Source: Nitrospirota bacterium
GTDB lineage: Bacteria; Nitrospirota; UBA9217
Length of the DNA: 64,000 nt
Direction: 5' to 3'
NCBI GenBank assembly: GCA_021814615.1
Contig: JAKAHZ010000005.1
Location: 4,786-68,785 of the forward strand
The notes under the pieces were generated by a model, which saw nothing but the letters and a program-made list of their open reading frames with translations, did no database searches and was not told the origin of the DNA. The translations under genes and the position numbers were made by a program. This document shows, in pieces, positions 1-10,053 of this stretch. Position 1 is the stretch's first letter, and each line of letters opens with the position of its first letter.

Positions 1-781
1 CGGCGCGGTAACAGGGTCGGTCCTCGGCTCCCTTGCCGTTGGCATGGGACCGGCTGCGCTTCTCGGCGAGCGGCTCCCGCTCTTCACGCAGATCATGCTG
101 CTCGGCGTTCTCTTCGGCCTGCTGGTGAGCTACGTGTTCATTTCCCTGGAGAAGATCAACGAGGAGCGGCTGCAGCGGATCGAGACGGAAAAAGCGGCCA
201 TGGAGGCGGAGCTCCGGCTGGTGCAGTCCCAGATGGAGCCGCACTTTCTCTTCAACACGCTGGCGAACGTGCGGAGCCTGATCGATGCCGATCCTACCAG
301 GGCCGGCGTGATGCTCGAGACCTTCGTCGCGTTCCTCCGCACGACGCTCCGGACCGGCAGGGAACGGACCGTCAGGTTGAGCCAGGAAATGGAAGTGGTG
401 AAAAGCTACCTGGACCTCATCGTCATGCGGATGGGAGACCGGCTCAGGTATTCGCTGGACCTTCCCGATGATCTGCGGGACGTGCAGATCCCGCCGCTGT
501 TGATCCAGCCCCTGGTGGAGAACGCGGTCAAGCACGGCCTGGAGAAATCCCTTGCCGGCGGCGAGGTGGCGGTCAGCTGCCTGCGCGAGGGGGAAAGGGT
601 CCGGATCATTGTCGCCGATTCGGGCACGGGCATGGCGGAGCAGGGCAGCGGGGGCGGCATGGGGCTCGAGAATGTGCGCAAGCGTCTGGGGCTCCTGTAC
701 GGGGACAAGGGGAGGCTGGTGGTCGAGGAGAACAGGCCGTCGGGTGTGAAGGCGACGGTCGAAATTCCACATGGTGGTTAG
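1..781 (+). CDS. Sensor histidine kinase, LytS/YehU family (5'-partial; His-kinase and HATPase domains)
   Basis: H-box 'EPHFLFNTLANV' typical of the LytS family; GxGxG ATP-binding region 'DSGTGMAEQGSGGGMGLENV'. ORF runs to the window edge, so the N-terminus is missing. Followed by a LytTR regulator. Confidence 0.8.
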   Translation, partial: GAVTGSVLGSLAVGMGPAALLGERLPLFTQIMLLGVLFGLLVSYVFISLEKINEERLQRIETEKAAMEAELRLVQSQMEPHFLFNTLANVRSLIDADPTRAGVMLETFVAFLRTTLRTGRERTVRLSQEMEVVKSYLDLIVMRMGDRLRYSLDLPDDLRDVQIPPLLIQPLVENAVKHGLEKSLAGGEVAVSCLREGERVRIIVADSGTGMAEQGSGGGMGLENVRKRLGLLYGDKGRLVVEENRPSGVKATVEIPHGG

Positions 782-1011
782 TTCCCAAAATCGAGTCTTC
801 AGGCTATAGCCTCCCCCTTTCTTGCGTGCCCAAGAAAGGGGGCCAAAGAAGGGCACCCCGCGATCATTCTGATCCGTCATGCTCGGTCGTCCTCAGGGCA
901 TTTCGGAAACTCGCCGCCGAAAAAACGGCGGCTCGGACAGTCCGAAATGCTCTCCCTTCGGACTCTTTCGCCTGACGGGAATGATCGCATGGGGACTGCA
1001 GGGAATCAAAT

Positions 1012-1767
1012 ATGAAACCGATCCGAGCGATCATTGCAGACGATGAAGAGGCGCTTCGCAGTCATCTTCGAAAGCGGCTGGCAGCGCTCTGGCCCGACCT
1101 GGAGATCGCGGGCGAGGCGCGCGACGGGGAGGCGGCTCTCGCGCTGATTCGGGACCTGCGGCCGGACGTGGCGTTTCTGGACATCAGCATGCCCGGCCTG
1201 TCCGGCGTGGACGTGGCGCGGAAAGCTTCGGGCGCCTGTCTCTTCGTGTTTATCACCGCTCATGACGAGTATGCTGTCGAAGCTTTCGAGCGCTCGGCGG
1301 TGGATTATCTGCTTAAGCCGGTGGTGGACGAACGGCTGAAGACGACGATCCGGCGGCTGCAGGAGCGGCTTGCTTCGAAGTCCCTGCCCGATATCACCGG
1401 CCTTCTGGAGCGTCTCGCCACGGGAATGGCGAAGCCGGCCGGCCACCTGCAATGGATCAAGGCGGAGCAGAAGGACACGGTCAGGCTCGTGAGCGTGAAC
1501 GATGTTTATTTCTTCCGGGCTGAGGACAAGTACATTATCGTCCGGACGAAGGAAGGTGAACTCCTGATTCGGAAGAGCATCAAGGATCTCGAAGAGGAGC
1601 TCGACCCCGGCCAGTTCTGGCGCGTGCACCGCGCTGCGCTCGTGAACGCCCGCCTGATCCACGGGGTGAGCAAGTCCATCGCCGGAACACTGACGATCAG
1701 GTTCAAGGACCTCCCCGACCAGGTTACGGTCAGCAGGGCCTACGCGCATCTGTTCAAGCAGATGTAG
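1012..1767 (+). CDS. LytTR-family response regulator (REC + LytTR DNA-binding domain)
   Basis: N-terminal receiver 'IRAIIADDE...DVAFLDISMPGLSG'; C-terminal LytTR-like region 'VYFFRAEDKYIIVRTKEGELLIRKSIKDLEEEL'. Confidence 0.85.
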   Translation: MKPIRAIIADDEEALRSHLRKRLAALWPDLEIAGEARDGEAALALIRDLRPDVAFLDISMPGLSGVDVARKASGACLFVFITAHDEYAVEAFERSAVDYLLKPVVDERLKTTIRRLQERLASKSLPDITGLLERLATGMAKPAGHLQWIKAEQKDTVRLVSVNDVYFFRAEDKYIIVRTKEGELLIRKSIKDLEEELDPGQFWRVHRAALVNARLIHGVSKSIAGTLTIRFKDLPDQVTVSRAYAHLFKQM

Positions 1768-1982
1768 GCGAAGTATGTTCGACCTTCGCTGAAGAAATTG
1801 CCCCTCACCCCATCCGTCCTGTCTGCCATTCATCCCTGATTTCGACCTTTCGTCGCACAATTCTTGCGGTTCCGCCAAGGCCTCGTTATAGTTGAGTCAG
1901 AAGACAACCCCTCATCCCCGATTAAGACCTCGGGGACAGACCCGGACTTCTCGTGCGAGGGCAGAGGAAATAGGAGGAAGCC

Positions 1983-2672
1983 ATGAGCATCCTGGAGTTC
2001 AATCGCGTGGAAAAAGAATACCGGCTGGGCGAGACAAGGGTCAGGGCGCTCCGGGGCGTGGACCTGTCCGTGGACAAGGGCGAGTTCATTGCCGTGCTCG
2101 GCGCGTCGGGAAGCGGAAAGACCACGCTGTTGAACCTCGCCGGGGCAATCGACGATCCCACGGGCGGCGCCGTGCTCGTGAACGGCCAGACCGTCGCGAA
2201 CCTTTCCGACGATGCGAAGGCCGAGCTCCGGAGCAGGACGATCGGGTATATCTTCCAGACCTTCAACCTCGTCTCCGTGCTCACGGCCCTGGAGAACGTG
2301 ATGCTGGCGCTCCAGATCCGGGGCGGCAGGATCGCCGATATCCGAAACGAGGCTGCCCGGCGCCTGGACGAGGTGGGGCTCGCGGACTTCATGCACCACC
2401 GGCCGGACAAGCTCTCGGGCGGCCAGCGGCAGCGTGTCGCCATCGCCAGGGCGCTCGTGACGAATCCGCTCCTGGTGCTGGCCGACGAACCCACGGCGAA
2501 TCTGGACCACGAGACCGCGCAATCGATCATCGACCTGATGAAGGAGCTGAACGAGAAGGATGGAGTGACCTTCCTCTTCTCCACCCACGATCAGCGGCTG
2601 ATCAGCCAGGTGAAGCGGGTGGTCAGGATCGATGACGGGAAGATCGTGACCGAGATGAAGACTGCAAACTGA
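1983..2672 (+). CDS. ABC transporter ATP-binding protein (LolD/MacB-type)
   Basis: Walker A 'GASGSGKTTLLN', signature 'LSGGQRQRVAIARAL', Walker B 'LLVLADEPT'. RBS GGAGGAAGCC upstream of ATG. Confidence 0.9.
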   Translation: MSILEFNRVEKEYRLGETRVRALRGVDLSVDKGEFIAVLGASGSGKTTLLNLAGAIDDPTGGAVLVNGQTVANLSDDAKAELRSRTIGYIFQTFNLVSVLTALENVMLALQIRGGRIADIRNEAARRLDEVGLADFMHHRPDKLSGGQRQRVAIARALVTNPLLVLADEPTANLDHETAQSIIDLMKELNEKDGVTFLFSTHDQRLISQVKRVVRIDDGKIVTEMKTAN

Positions 2673-2911
2673 CAAAGACTTCACCGCGAAGACGCTAAGA
2701 ACGCGAAGGAAAGACGGATACGATGAAACGCTGAAAAGACCATGAGAAAACTATGATGCACGCTGATAAGGCAATATCAGGATTCTTCATGCGTGCTTGC
2801 GTTGATCAGCGTTGAATGACGTTCACATTGAATTGCATTTCTTCGCGTTCTTCGCGCCTTGCGGTTCGATCGATTCGTTTCTTGTTTGTGGGAGAAAGAG
2901 AGGAACAGCGT

Positions 2912-4159
2912 ATGTTCATGTGGTTGACTATATCGCTTAGAAATATCCTGAAGAACGGCAGGCGGAGCCTGATGACCGTGCTGGCCATTGCGCTGGGTTA
3001 CGCGGCGATCAACCTGTTCCAGGGGTACGTGCACAGCACCTACGAAGGGCTCACCAACGCGGCGATCCACGGCGAGGGGCTGGGCCATTTCGCGATCTTC
3101 AGGAAGGGCTACCTGGAGCAGGGAAAACTCCATCCCGAAAAGTTTCAGTTCAGCAAGGAAGAGGTTGATCGCATCAGCGCCATCGTTTGCGCGGAAAGGG
3201 ACGTCCAGCTCGTGACGCCGAGGCTGTCGGTATCGGGCATCCTGTCGAACGGGAAGAACTCGACGATCTTCATCTCCGAAGGGCTTGTGCCGGCCGAGGA
3301 TGTGGAGATCCGTGGAGACCTTTCGAAATACACCTCCTTCACCGGTTCCTATCTCGATGAACGGGAGCGGACCGGGGTGGTGATCGGCGCGGAGCTCGCT
3401 GCCATGCTGGACCTCAAGGTGGGGAGCGATGCGGTGATCCTGTCGAACACCTATACGGGCATGGCGAATGCTCTGGACGCGAAGGTGCTGGGCATTTACA
3501 ACACCGGCAACACGGCGACGAACGACAAAATGCTGCTCATGACCTATCGGCATGCCCAGGACCTGGTGGACTATTCCGGGGCGGAACGGTTGATCGTGCT
3601 GCTCAGGGACGGCAGGAACGGGAAGAATCTCGCGGCGGTCATGGAGCGGCTCCGGAAGAGCATCAGCGACGCGGGCTATGACGTCGAAATGAAGACCTGG
3701 AACGAGCTCTCGGTCTTTTACCGGCAGGTGAAGAATCTTTTCGACATGATCTTTCTCTTCATCTTCCTGATCGTGCTCGTGATCGTGGTCATGAGCGTGG
3801 TGAACACCATGAGCATGTCGGTGATGGAGCGGACCCGGGAGATCGGCACCCTGCGGGCCCTGGGCCTGAAGCGGTTCGGGGTCAAGTCCCTCTTTGCCAC
3901 CGAGGGAGCGCTTTTGGGGATCCTGGGGAGCGCTGCGGGAAGCATCATCTTCTTCCTGGTCTATGCCGCGATCACCGCCGCCCATCCGACCTATATCCCG
4001 CCCGGGTCGTCCAATCCCGTGCCGCTCCGGGTCGACCTGGTCTGGTCGGTGCTGGTCAGGAGTGTGCTCTCCATGACCGTGCTGGCGCTGGTCGCAGCGT
4101 ATATTCCGGCGAAACGATCCGCAAAGATGACGATCGTGGATGCCTTGGGGCACATCTAG
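2912..4159 (+). CDS. ABC transporter permease, FtsX-like (MacB/LolE-type)
   Basis: Start chosen at the internal Met (MFMWLTISLRNILKNGRRSL) preceded by GAGAGGAAC. N-terminal TM, large periplasmic loop, three C-terminal TMs 'FLFIFLIVLVIVVMSVVNTMSMSVMERTREIGTLRALG' (FtsX signature region). Confidence 0.8.
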   Translation: MFMWLTISLRNILKNGRRSLMTVLAIALGYAAINLFQGYVHSTYEGLTNAAIHGEGLGHFAIFRKGYLEQGKLHPEKFQFSKEEVDRISAIVCAERDVQLVTPRLSVSGILSNGKNSTIFISEGLVPAEDVEIRGDLSKYTSFTGSYLDERERTGVVIGAELAAMLDLKVGSDAVILSNTYTGMANALDAKVLGIYNTGNTATNDKMLLMTYRHAQDLVDYSGAERLIVLLRDGRNGKNLAAVMERLRKSISDAGYDVEMKTWNELSVFYRQVKNLFDMIFLFIFLIVLVIVVMSVVNTMSMSVMERTREIGTLRALGLKRFGVKSLFATEGALLGILGSAAGSIIFFLVYAAITAAHPTYIPPGSSNPVPLRVDLVWSVLVRSVLSMTVLALVAAYIPAKRSAKMTIVDALGHI

Positions 4160-4346
4160 GTGCGGACGCAGAATGAAGAGACAGGCCGACAAGGCGATAG
4201 GGCGGCAAGGCGACAAGAGACAAAAGACAGAACAACGACAAGATTGGGGACACTGATGAACACGGATAGACACGGATCGAGAAGCAAAGGGGAGGGGAGA
4301 TAAGCAGTTCGGAGTTCGGAGGGGGAGTCGGCCCGAGGAGGCGGTT

Positions 4347-5102
4347 ATGGCGAAACGATTACTGATATTCATCCTTGCTCTTGCGGCCCTGGTTTATCTG
4401 GTCGCAAGAGTCGCATATGCAGAGGCCCCGACGGTCAAGGAGATCCTGCAGCATGCGGACAGGGCGCGGGGGAATCTCGAAGGGATCATCTGGGATATCT
4501 CGATCACGGCGAAGGACGAGGGCAAGGACGAGACGCGGGGGCTCTCGGTAAAGGTGAAAGGAGACAGCACGCTCGCCCGGTACACGAGCCCGCCGGCCAT
4601 AAACGACCGCATGGTGCTCATGGTGGACCGGAACATGTGGTTCATTCGTTCCGGCTTGAAGAAGCCCGTTTCCATATCGCCGCGCCAGAAACTGATGGGC
4701 GACGCCGCGAACGGGGATATTGCATCCACGAATTACGCCTCCGACTACAGCGGCGCGCTGCTGGGCGAGGAGAAGGCTTCCGGGGAGGACTGCTATGTCC
4801 TTGACCTCAAGGCAGCGAACAAGAACGTGACCTACGACCGGATCAAATACTGGGTCTCGAAGGAGCGGCTGGTGGGCGTGAAGGCAGAGTTCTACACGCT
4901 TTCGGGAAAGCTGTTCAAAACAGCAGATTTCCGGTATGATAACCGGGTCAAGACGACGACGGGCGAGGAGATCGCCTTCGTGTCCGAGCTCGTGATCCAT
5001 GACGCGATCCGGAAGGACCAGGTGACCGTGCTCCGGTATTCGAATATCCGGGTGCAGGCGATCCCGGATTCCACGTTCAATCTGAATGCGTTGGTGCGGT
5101 GA
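4347..5102 (+). CDS. Exported LolA-like / outer-membrane lipoprotein-sorting family protein
   Basis: Signal peptide 'MAKRLLIFILALAALVYLVARVAYA'. Size (~250 aa) and position directly after the ABC-ATPase and FtsX-permease genes match the conserved three-gene arrangement. Family assignment by context and composition, not a motif. Confidence 0.45.
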   Translation: MAKRLLIFILALAALVYLVARVAYAEAPTVKEILQHADRARGNLEGIIWDISITAKDEGKDETRGLSVKVKGDSTLARYTSPPAINDRMVLMVDRNMWFIRSGLKKPVSISPRQKLMGDAANGDIASTNYASDYSGALLGEEKASGEDCYVLDLKAANKNVTYDRIKYWVSKERLVGVKAEFYTLSGKLFKTADFRYDNRVKTTTGEEIAFVSELVIHDAIRKDQVTVLRYSNIRVQAIPDSTFNLNALVR

Positions 5103-5426
5103 ATGTGAACACGGATAGACACAATTCGATAGAGCAAGCAAGGCAAAATTTTACCGCGAAGACGCGAAGGGCGCGAAGAGAGGCAAAAGAAATACCCGGG
5201 ACGCGGATAATGGCGGATGAACGCGGGAATCTGATCAGAACACAAAAGGCAAAACCCTTTCACCGCGAAGACGCGAAGGGCGCGAAGAAAGACAGGGGCG
5301 AGCGATCTTTTCGGTTTTTTTGAATCCCTCTGCGTCCTCTGTGGTTAATGACTTTTCGCCTTTATTGGACACGGACCAGGAACCTAAATACGCAGGGCGA
5401 CCCCAGGTGGTCGCCCGGAATGCTCG

Positions 5427-6830
5427 ATGATCGGAAAACGACTCAAGATACTCATTCTTTCAGCGGCCGTGTGTGCGATACCTTCCTTCGCTCGGGCAGA
5501 TATACCTGCCGGCGATCCGCCAAAGGAACAGGCAGCAGCGCCGGTTCCTGAATCAGCCGCGGAACAGCCGGCGGAGCTGCCCAAGGAAGAATCGAAGTCC
5601 TTCTGGGCCTACAGTGAAGAATGGTTCACGCGGCGGCTGAACGTGCTCGCCTTCGGCAACGTCCAGGACCCGGCGCATTCCACGCAGAACCCGGACAATG
5701 CCTTCCTGCAGGCGCCCCGGTACACTGCGCAGCTCGAGCTTCGGCCCGATCTGATCGTGGATACGCCCATCCTTGGCTGGACCTTCAAACCCCGCGTAAC
5801 CGCAACATCGCTCTGGTGGACCGACGGCGTGATGAAGGGCGAGGAGGACCGGCAGGCGCGGTTCTTCGTGAACGAATGGCTCTTTCAGCCCAAGCCCGAG
5901 GACTGGCTCTTCGTCTCCTTCGGCAAGGAGAAGCAGCTCTGGGGCCCGTCGTTCCTCGTCAGCCCCTCGAATATCCTCTTCAAGGACACGGAAAAGACCA
6001 ATCCCAAGTCAGAGGTCGAAGGCAAGTACCTGGCCCGGCTGGTCTGGCTTCCGAGCAAGGCGCTCACGGTCACGGGCATAGCGGAAACGCAGCGGGAGGA
6101 GAGCTCCTTCGGCGAGCCGATGCGGCCGGTGAGGCTGGTCAAGATCGACGTTCAGGGCGAGAACGCCATGGCCAGCGTGATCGGCTATCTGCAGCAGCAC
6201 GAGCGGTTCCGGATCGGCAGCTACGGCCAGTGGACTGCATCGGACGCTGTTGTGCTGTACTACGACGGCATCCTGTCCCGGGGCACCGATGCGCTCTATC
6301 CTGCCCTGGATCCTGCAAACCCGGTGGGCGGAAGTTTCGTGCAGCCCTATGCTGCCTCCGACCGTCCTTTCGCAACGGTTGCGGCAGGCGGGTCCTATAC
6401 CTTTCTTTCGGGCGAGACGGTGAGTCTGGAAGGCCTGTACAACGGCGCGGGATACAGCGATGCGGAAGCCGATGCCTTTTACGCGCTCCGGGCGGGCGCA
6501 GCGGGCCATCTCTTCGATGCCGCTCCGGTCTCGGGCTTGTCGCGCATGACCCTTGCGCAGGCGCTCTTTCCCGGCACGCCTTTCCTGCGCCGCGCATATG
6601 TCCTGGCGCAGGTGCAGGAGCGGGAGATCGCGAACGTGCTGGACGTCATGGTCCGGTACGTGCGGAGCCTGGAGGAACGGTCGGGCCAGGTGTCCACGAT
6701 CATCGAATGGCAGGCGACCAAGCGGCTGCAGGTGTTCAATATCAACACCTTTGCCGTCGGCGACCGGGACAAGGAGTTCAATTCCCTGTTGTCCAAGAGC
6801 TTCCTCGCCGGGGTGGAGATGCATTTCTGA
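5427..6830 (+). CDS. Exported protein, possibly outer-membrane beta-barrel; function unknown
   Basis: Signal peptide 'MIGKRLKILILSAAVCAIPSFARA'; Pro/Glu/Ala-rich linker, then a long region of alternating hydrophobic residues rich in W/Y/F/G; C-terminal aromatic residue (F). Confidence 0.5.
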   Translation: MIGKRLKILILSAAVCAIPSFARADIPAGDPPKEQAAAPVPESAAEQPAELPKEESKSFWAYSEEWFTRRLNVLAFGNVQDPAHSTQNPDNAFLQAPRYTAQLELRPDLIVDTPILGWTFKPRVTATSLWWTDGVMKGEEDRQARFFVNEWLFQPKPEDWLFVSFGKEKQLWGPSFLVSPSNILFKDTEKTNPKSEVEGKYLARLVWLPSKALTVTGIAETQREESSFGEPMRPVRLVKIDVQGENAMASVIGYLQQHERFRIGSYGQWTASDAVVLYYDGILSRGTDALYPALDPANPVGGSFVQPYAASDRPFATVAAGGSYTFLSGETVSLEGLYNGAGYSDAEADAFYALRAGAAGHLFDAAPVSGLSRMTLAQALFPGTPFLRRAYVLAQVQEREIANVLDVMVRYVRSLEERSGQVSTIIEWQATKRLQVFNINTFAVGDRDKEFNSLLSKSFLAGVEMHF

Positions 6831-7174
6831 TTCAATCATTTACCGCGTGAGAATATATCGGGAAAATCAATTTTACCGCGAAGGCGCGAAGGACGCGAAG
6901 AAAGGCAATTGTACGCGGATAAACGCGGATAACATCGGATTAAAGATTGGACAGGGATTGACACGGACAACACTGAGGAAGTCTGCAGATCGTCATCCCC
7001 GAGTGATTAAATCGGGGATCCAGGGAATGAGCCTTGCTTTTCTCTGCGCCTCCGCGCGAACTAAGTTTTCGATACAATGCTTTTGCGATCGATCTCTGAT
7101 GCTCCTTTGACCTTCCCCTGTCCCCGTGGTAACGTATTCGAAGAGACTCAGCGATCCTGGAGGACGGTACTCCC

Positions 7175-7864
7175 TTGCGATTTTCATTCACCTACTTCCC
7201 CGGCAAGACGCGTGCACTTGCATGGGGCGCCCTGTCCTTGTTCCTGCTCCTCCCGGCAGCGGGCCGCGCCGCGGAATGGAAGCAGGTTTCTACGACCTCC
7301 GACGGCATCGAGATCTTCAGGAAAACATCGACGCAGCGGGGGCTGATCGAGTTCCGGGGTGTGGGCGTGGTGGATGCGCCGCTACCCGTGGTGGCGACGG
7401 TGATCGCCGATGCCGGCAGGCGGCGGGAATGGATCAAGGGGCTGAAAGGCTCGCAGATCCTGGGCTGGCAGGGGAGGGACGTCTTCGTCGAATACGACCA
7501 TATCGACATGCCCATGCTCTTCTCGGACCGCGATTTCGTCTCCAGGGTCCAGCTGCACATCGAGCCCTCGGGGAAGGAGCTTGCCTTTCTCTATCGGTTC
7601 ACCGACGATCCCGCTGCTCCGCGCACGCGCTATATCCGCGGCGAAGTGATCAATATGTCGTTTCTCCTGAGCTCGGTGGAGGAGGATCGGAAGACCAGGA
7701 TCGACGCGGAGTTTCTTTGCGATCCGAAGGGGTGGATTCCCGCGTGGCTGGTGAATTATTTCCTGCAGGACTGGCCGGAGACGACCTTCCGGGGGCTGCG
7801 CACGGAAGTCAGGAAGCCGGATATCTCCGTGGATCCCCGGATCAGCGATCTGCTGAAACCGTAG
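7175..7864 (+). CDS. START/SRPBCC lipid-binding domain protein, secreted
   Basis: Signal peptide then 'EWKQVSTTSDGIEIFRK...GLIEFRGVGVVDAPLPVV', resembling START-domain (PCTP-like) N-terminal strands; length ~230 aa. Confidence 0.55.
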   Translation: MRFSFTYFPGKTRALAWGALSLFLLLPAAGRAAEWKQVSTTSDGIEIFRKTSTQRGLIEFRGVGVVDAPLPVVATVIADAGRRREWIKGLKGSQILGWQGRDVFVEYDHIDMPMLFSDRDFVSRVQLHIEPSGKELAFLYRFTDDPAAPRTRYIRGEVINMSFLLSSVEEDRKTRIDAEFLCDPKGWIPAWLVNYFLQDWPETTFRGLRTEVRKPDISVDPRISDLLKP

Positions 7865-8357
7865 CAAAGTTCCATTGTTCCCGAACGACTAATCTTCTTT
7901 TGTACGCGAATTCATTTGTTTCACAGGATATGGGATTGTCATCTTGTCCGCATGTCCACCCGTTCCACAGGTCGGAATATTCAATTTTAAAATATCGAAA
8001 CGTCTTCCCATCCGGCGGCGTCTTTCCGTCAGTGGTGATTTCTGCGCGCACGACAAGAGGGCTCCAAAAGCCTTTCACGCTGATGGATTTATATTCTATT
8101 CTGGTAATCTCCCTGGTTATACGTTCTATTCGTTTAACGTCATTGCTGGCGGTTGCGCTTTGGAGATCAGGCAACGCTTTTCGCGAGTAATATGCTTTTA
8201 CGTAGGGATCTATCGTTTGGATTATCGCCTCTTTCGTAAGTGCCCTATTCTCTGCCCTGTGGAAGTACCAGAGTCTTACACCGAGCAATAATAGGATAAT
8301 ACAAAGGACAATAACTGCTTTTTTACCCGTAAACGTACATTCAATTTCCGTTTCCAT
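7842..8357 (-). CDS. Hypothetical membrane-anchored protein
   Basis: 171-aa ORF with one N-terminal TM 'AVIVLCIILLLLGVRLWYF'; lower-GC DNA; no recognisable motif. Confidence 0.35.
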   Translation of the reverse strand: METEIECTFTGKKAVIVLCIILLLLGVRLWYFHRAENRALTKEAIIQTIDPYVKAYYSRKALPDLQSATASNDVKRIERITREITRIEYKSISVKGFWSPLVVRAEITTDGKTPPDGKTFRYFKIEYSDLWNGWTCGQDDNPISCETNEFAYKRRLVVREQWNFATVSADR

Positions 8358-8478
8358 ATGAGCCGTAGGGAGGTGATGGCCGTGTAACGGTCGGGTTCAG
8401 AGGAACCACGCGTTAGCGTCGCTTCTACTGAAAGCCTTTGTTATGAGTCGACCACCCGCTATCTCATTCACGATTTTG

Positions 8479-8937
8479 TTACTTCCGAACAACCAAAAAC
8501 ACACCGACAGCCATAAGCACCAGGCCGGCCAGCCGATGCAACGTAATGGAAGTTTGAGGCGCACCCATTAACCCGAACTGGTCTATTGCCATCATTGAGA
8601 TGAGCTGCCCCAGCAAGACAAACGAAATGGCATTTCCAATTCCGAATCGTGGAGCCACCCAGGTAATGCTGAGGACGTAAAATACAACAAAGAGGCCGCC
8701 CAGGTAAAAATAGAATGGCGCTTGAGCGCCGAATACTCCCTTTGGCATTCCTTCAAAAACCAATATGTAGCAAACGGTGGCCGCCATGCCCACAAGAAAT
8801 AAAATTGCGGCGGCCAGTGCCGGACTGTGAAGCTTTGCGCCCAGGCCGGCATTCAATGCTGCCATGATGGGAATCCCCATCCCGGCAAACAACATAAGGA
8901 TTGCGTAGTTAATGGTGTTTCGCTGTAGTTCTCCCAT
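8479..8937 (-). CDS. DMT-superfamily small membrane protein, DUF606/YdcZ family
   Basis: 'AALNAGLGAKLHSPALAAAILFLVGMA' matches the conserved N-terminal motif of YdcZ-like proteins; about 5 TMs in ~150 aa. Start at MGELQRN rather than the upstream Met. Confidence 0.7.
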   Translation of the reverse strand: MGELQRNTINYAILMLFAGMGIPIMAALNAGLGAKLHSPALAAAILFLVGMAATVCYILVFEGMPKGVFGAQAPFYFYLGGLFVVFYVLSITWVAPRFGIGNAISFVLLGQLISMMAIDQFGLMGAPQTSITLHRLAGLVLMAVGVFLVVRK

Positions 8938-9141
8938 GCGTCTTGGCCTCGTTTTTATCTCAAGCTTCATATGACGCGCGGCTGACACGCCGCATGGTGC
9001 GTCGTTGTCGGCCCGCACTTCTATCTCCCTTATTCAAATCTTTCTCCTCCACTGCTTCACTTCGTTCTACTGGACCTGCCGCGCTCAGAAGGGCAGATTG
9101 TCAGACCGCCCTTCTGGGTTTTCGCCACGACGGTCATCAAC

Positions 9142-9468
9142 TCAGGCAAAGAGCACCGACAAATGACCGGTCTTGCGCGAACGAGAGACCGGCTTAACGA
9201 CGATCTGCACGTCGCGGCCGAGAAGGGTCAGACATTCGAGCATCTTGGTTTCTGAAATGCCCCGCAAATGTCCGCGAAGCATATTGGACAGCTTTGGTTG
9301 GGATATGCCCAGAAGTGTCGAAGCCTGGGTTTGGGTCAGTTTCCGAACTTTGATGATCTCGGAGATCTTTGTGGCAAGCTGGGCCTTGACCAGCATCTCG
9401 TCGGCGTCCGCCAAGCCGAGATCGGCATACACATTTCCACTTCCTTTTGTTATTTTGCTCATGATCAT
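9142..9468 (-). CDS. Type II antitoxin, HigA-like XRE-family HTH protein
   Basis: 'KGSGNVYADLGLADADEMLVKAQLATKISEIIKVRKLTQTQASTLLGISQPKLSNMLRG' is an HTH_XRE antitoxin of the kind paired with RelE/HigB-like (COG4679) toxins. GGAAGGAG RBS before ATG. Confidence 0.75.
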   Translation of the reverse strand: MIMSKITKGSGNVYADLGLADADEMLVKAQLATKISEIIKVRKLTQTQASTLLGISQPKLSNMLRGHLRGISETKMLECLTLLGRDVQIVVKPVSRSRKTGHLSVLFA

Positions 9469-9510
9469 GCTCCTTCCGAATGCTTTTGGGCCAGTTTGAG
9501 GCGCGCCTCA

Positions 9511-9643
9511 TGAGAGGCTTGGCCTGCTGATGCTTATTGCCGCTCTGGGCCAGATAGAGGGCATAGCCGACGACGTCAACCACGTCGGCCGGCATATCCA
9601 GAAGATCCTTCTTCGATGATCCTACCCAGAACAAAGGCTTCAA
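9511..9643 (-). pseudogene. Truncated RelE/ParE-superfamily (HigB-like, COG4679-type) toxin remnant; N-terminal ~44 aa only
   Basis: '(L/M)KPLFWVGSSKKDLLDMPADVVDVVGYALYLAQSGNKHQQAKPL' matches the conserved N-terminus of the phage-related RelE/ParE toxin family. The frame then runs straight into and over the antitoxin with no family-like C-terminal half (no ...V.HaFqKK motif). TTG start. Confidence 0.55.
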
Positions 9644-9671
9644 GCCGTCTCTCTTCTGACACTGTGTCTAT

Positions 9672-9689
9672 TATACCTATATGGGTATA
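9672..9689. promoter_or_regulatory. Inverted repeat TATACC-N6-GGTATA upstream of the toxin-antitoxin operon (putative autoregulatory operator)
   Basis: Palindrome read directly, about 30 nt upstream (minus-strand sense) of the toxin start in AT-rich DNA. Confidence 0.3.
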
Positions 9690-9888
9690 TTTTGCAAGCG
9701 AAAGAGGCCAAGCCTGGTGGATGTATATTTACGTACAATGGTAAGCAGCACCGAGTACCGACAGAAACGACCGACAGGAAACTCCAAAGAGCGGTTGAAC
9801 AACCAGGTCGAACGGTGGTTGACCCAGGAGGAAGAAACAGGGCAAAGAAAAAGGGGCTGCAGCTGTTGCTGCAACCCCTTGAACTGGT

Positions 9889-9965
<77 letters not shown>

Positions 9966-10053
9966 ATGTGTGATGCATACTATCCGAGACGCATGATTGT
10001 GTCAAGCAAATAGTGGCAAATTACGTCCCGATCTTGCTGATTTTCGACTTATT

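Noticed and set aside
4165-4250. Purine-rich low-complexity tract (GACAAGGCGA / ACAAGA repeats) after the FtsX gene
   Set aside because: Degenerate simple-sequence drift with no defined unit or inverted repeat; noted only as part of the repeat-rich intergenic style of this cluster.
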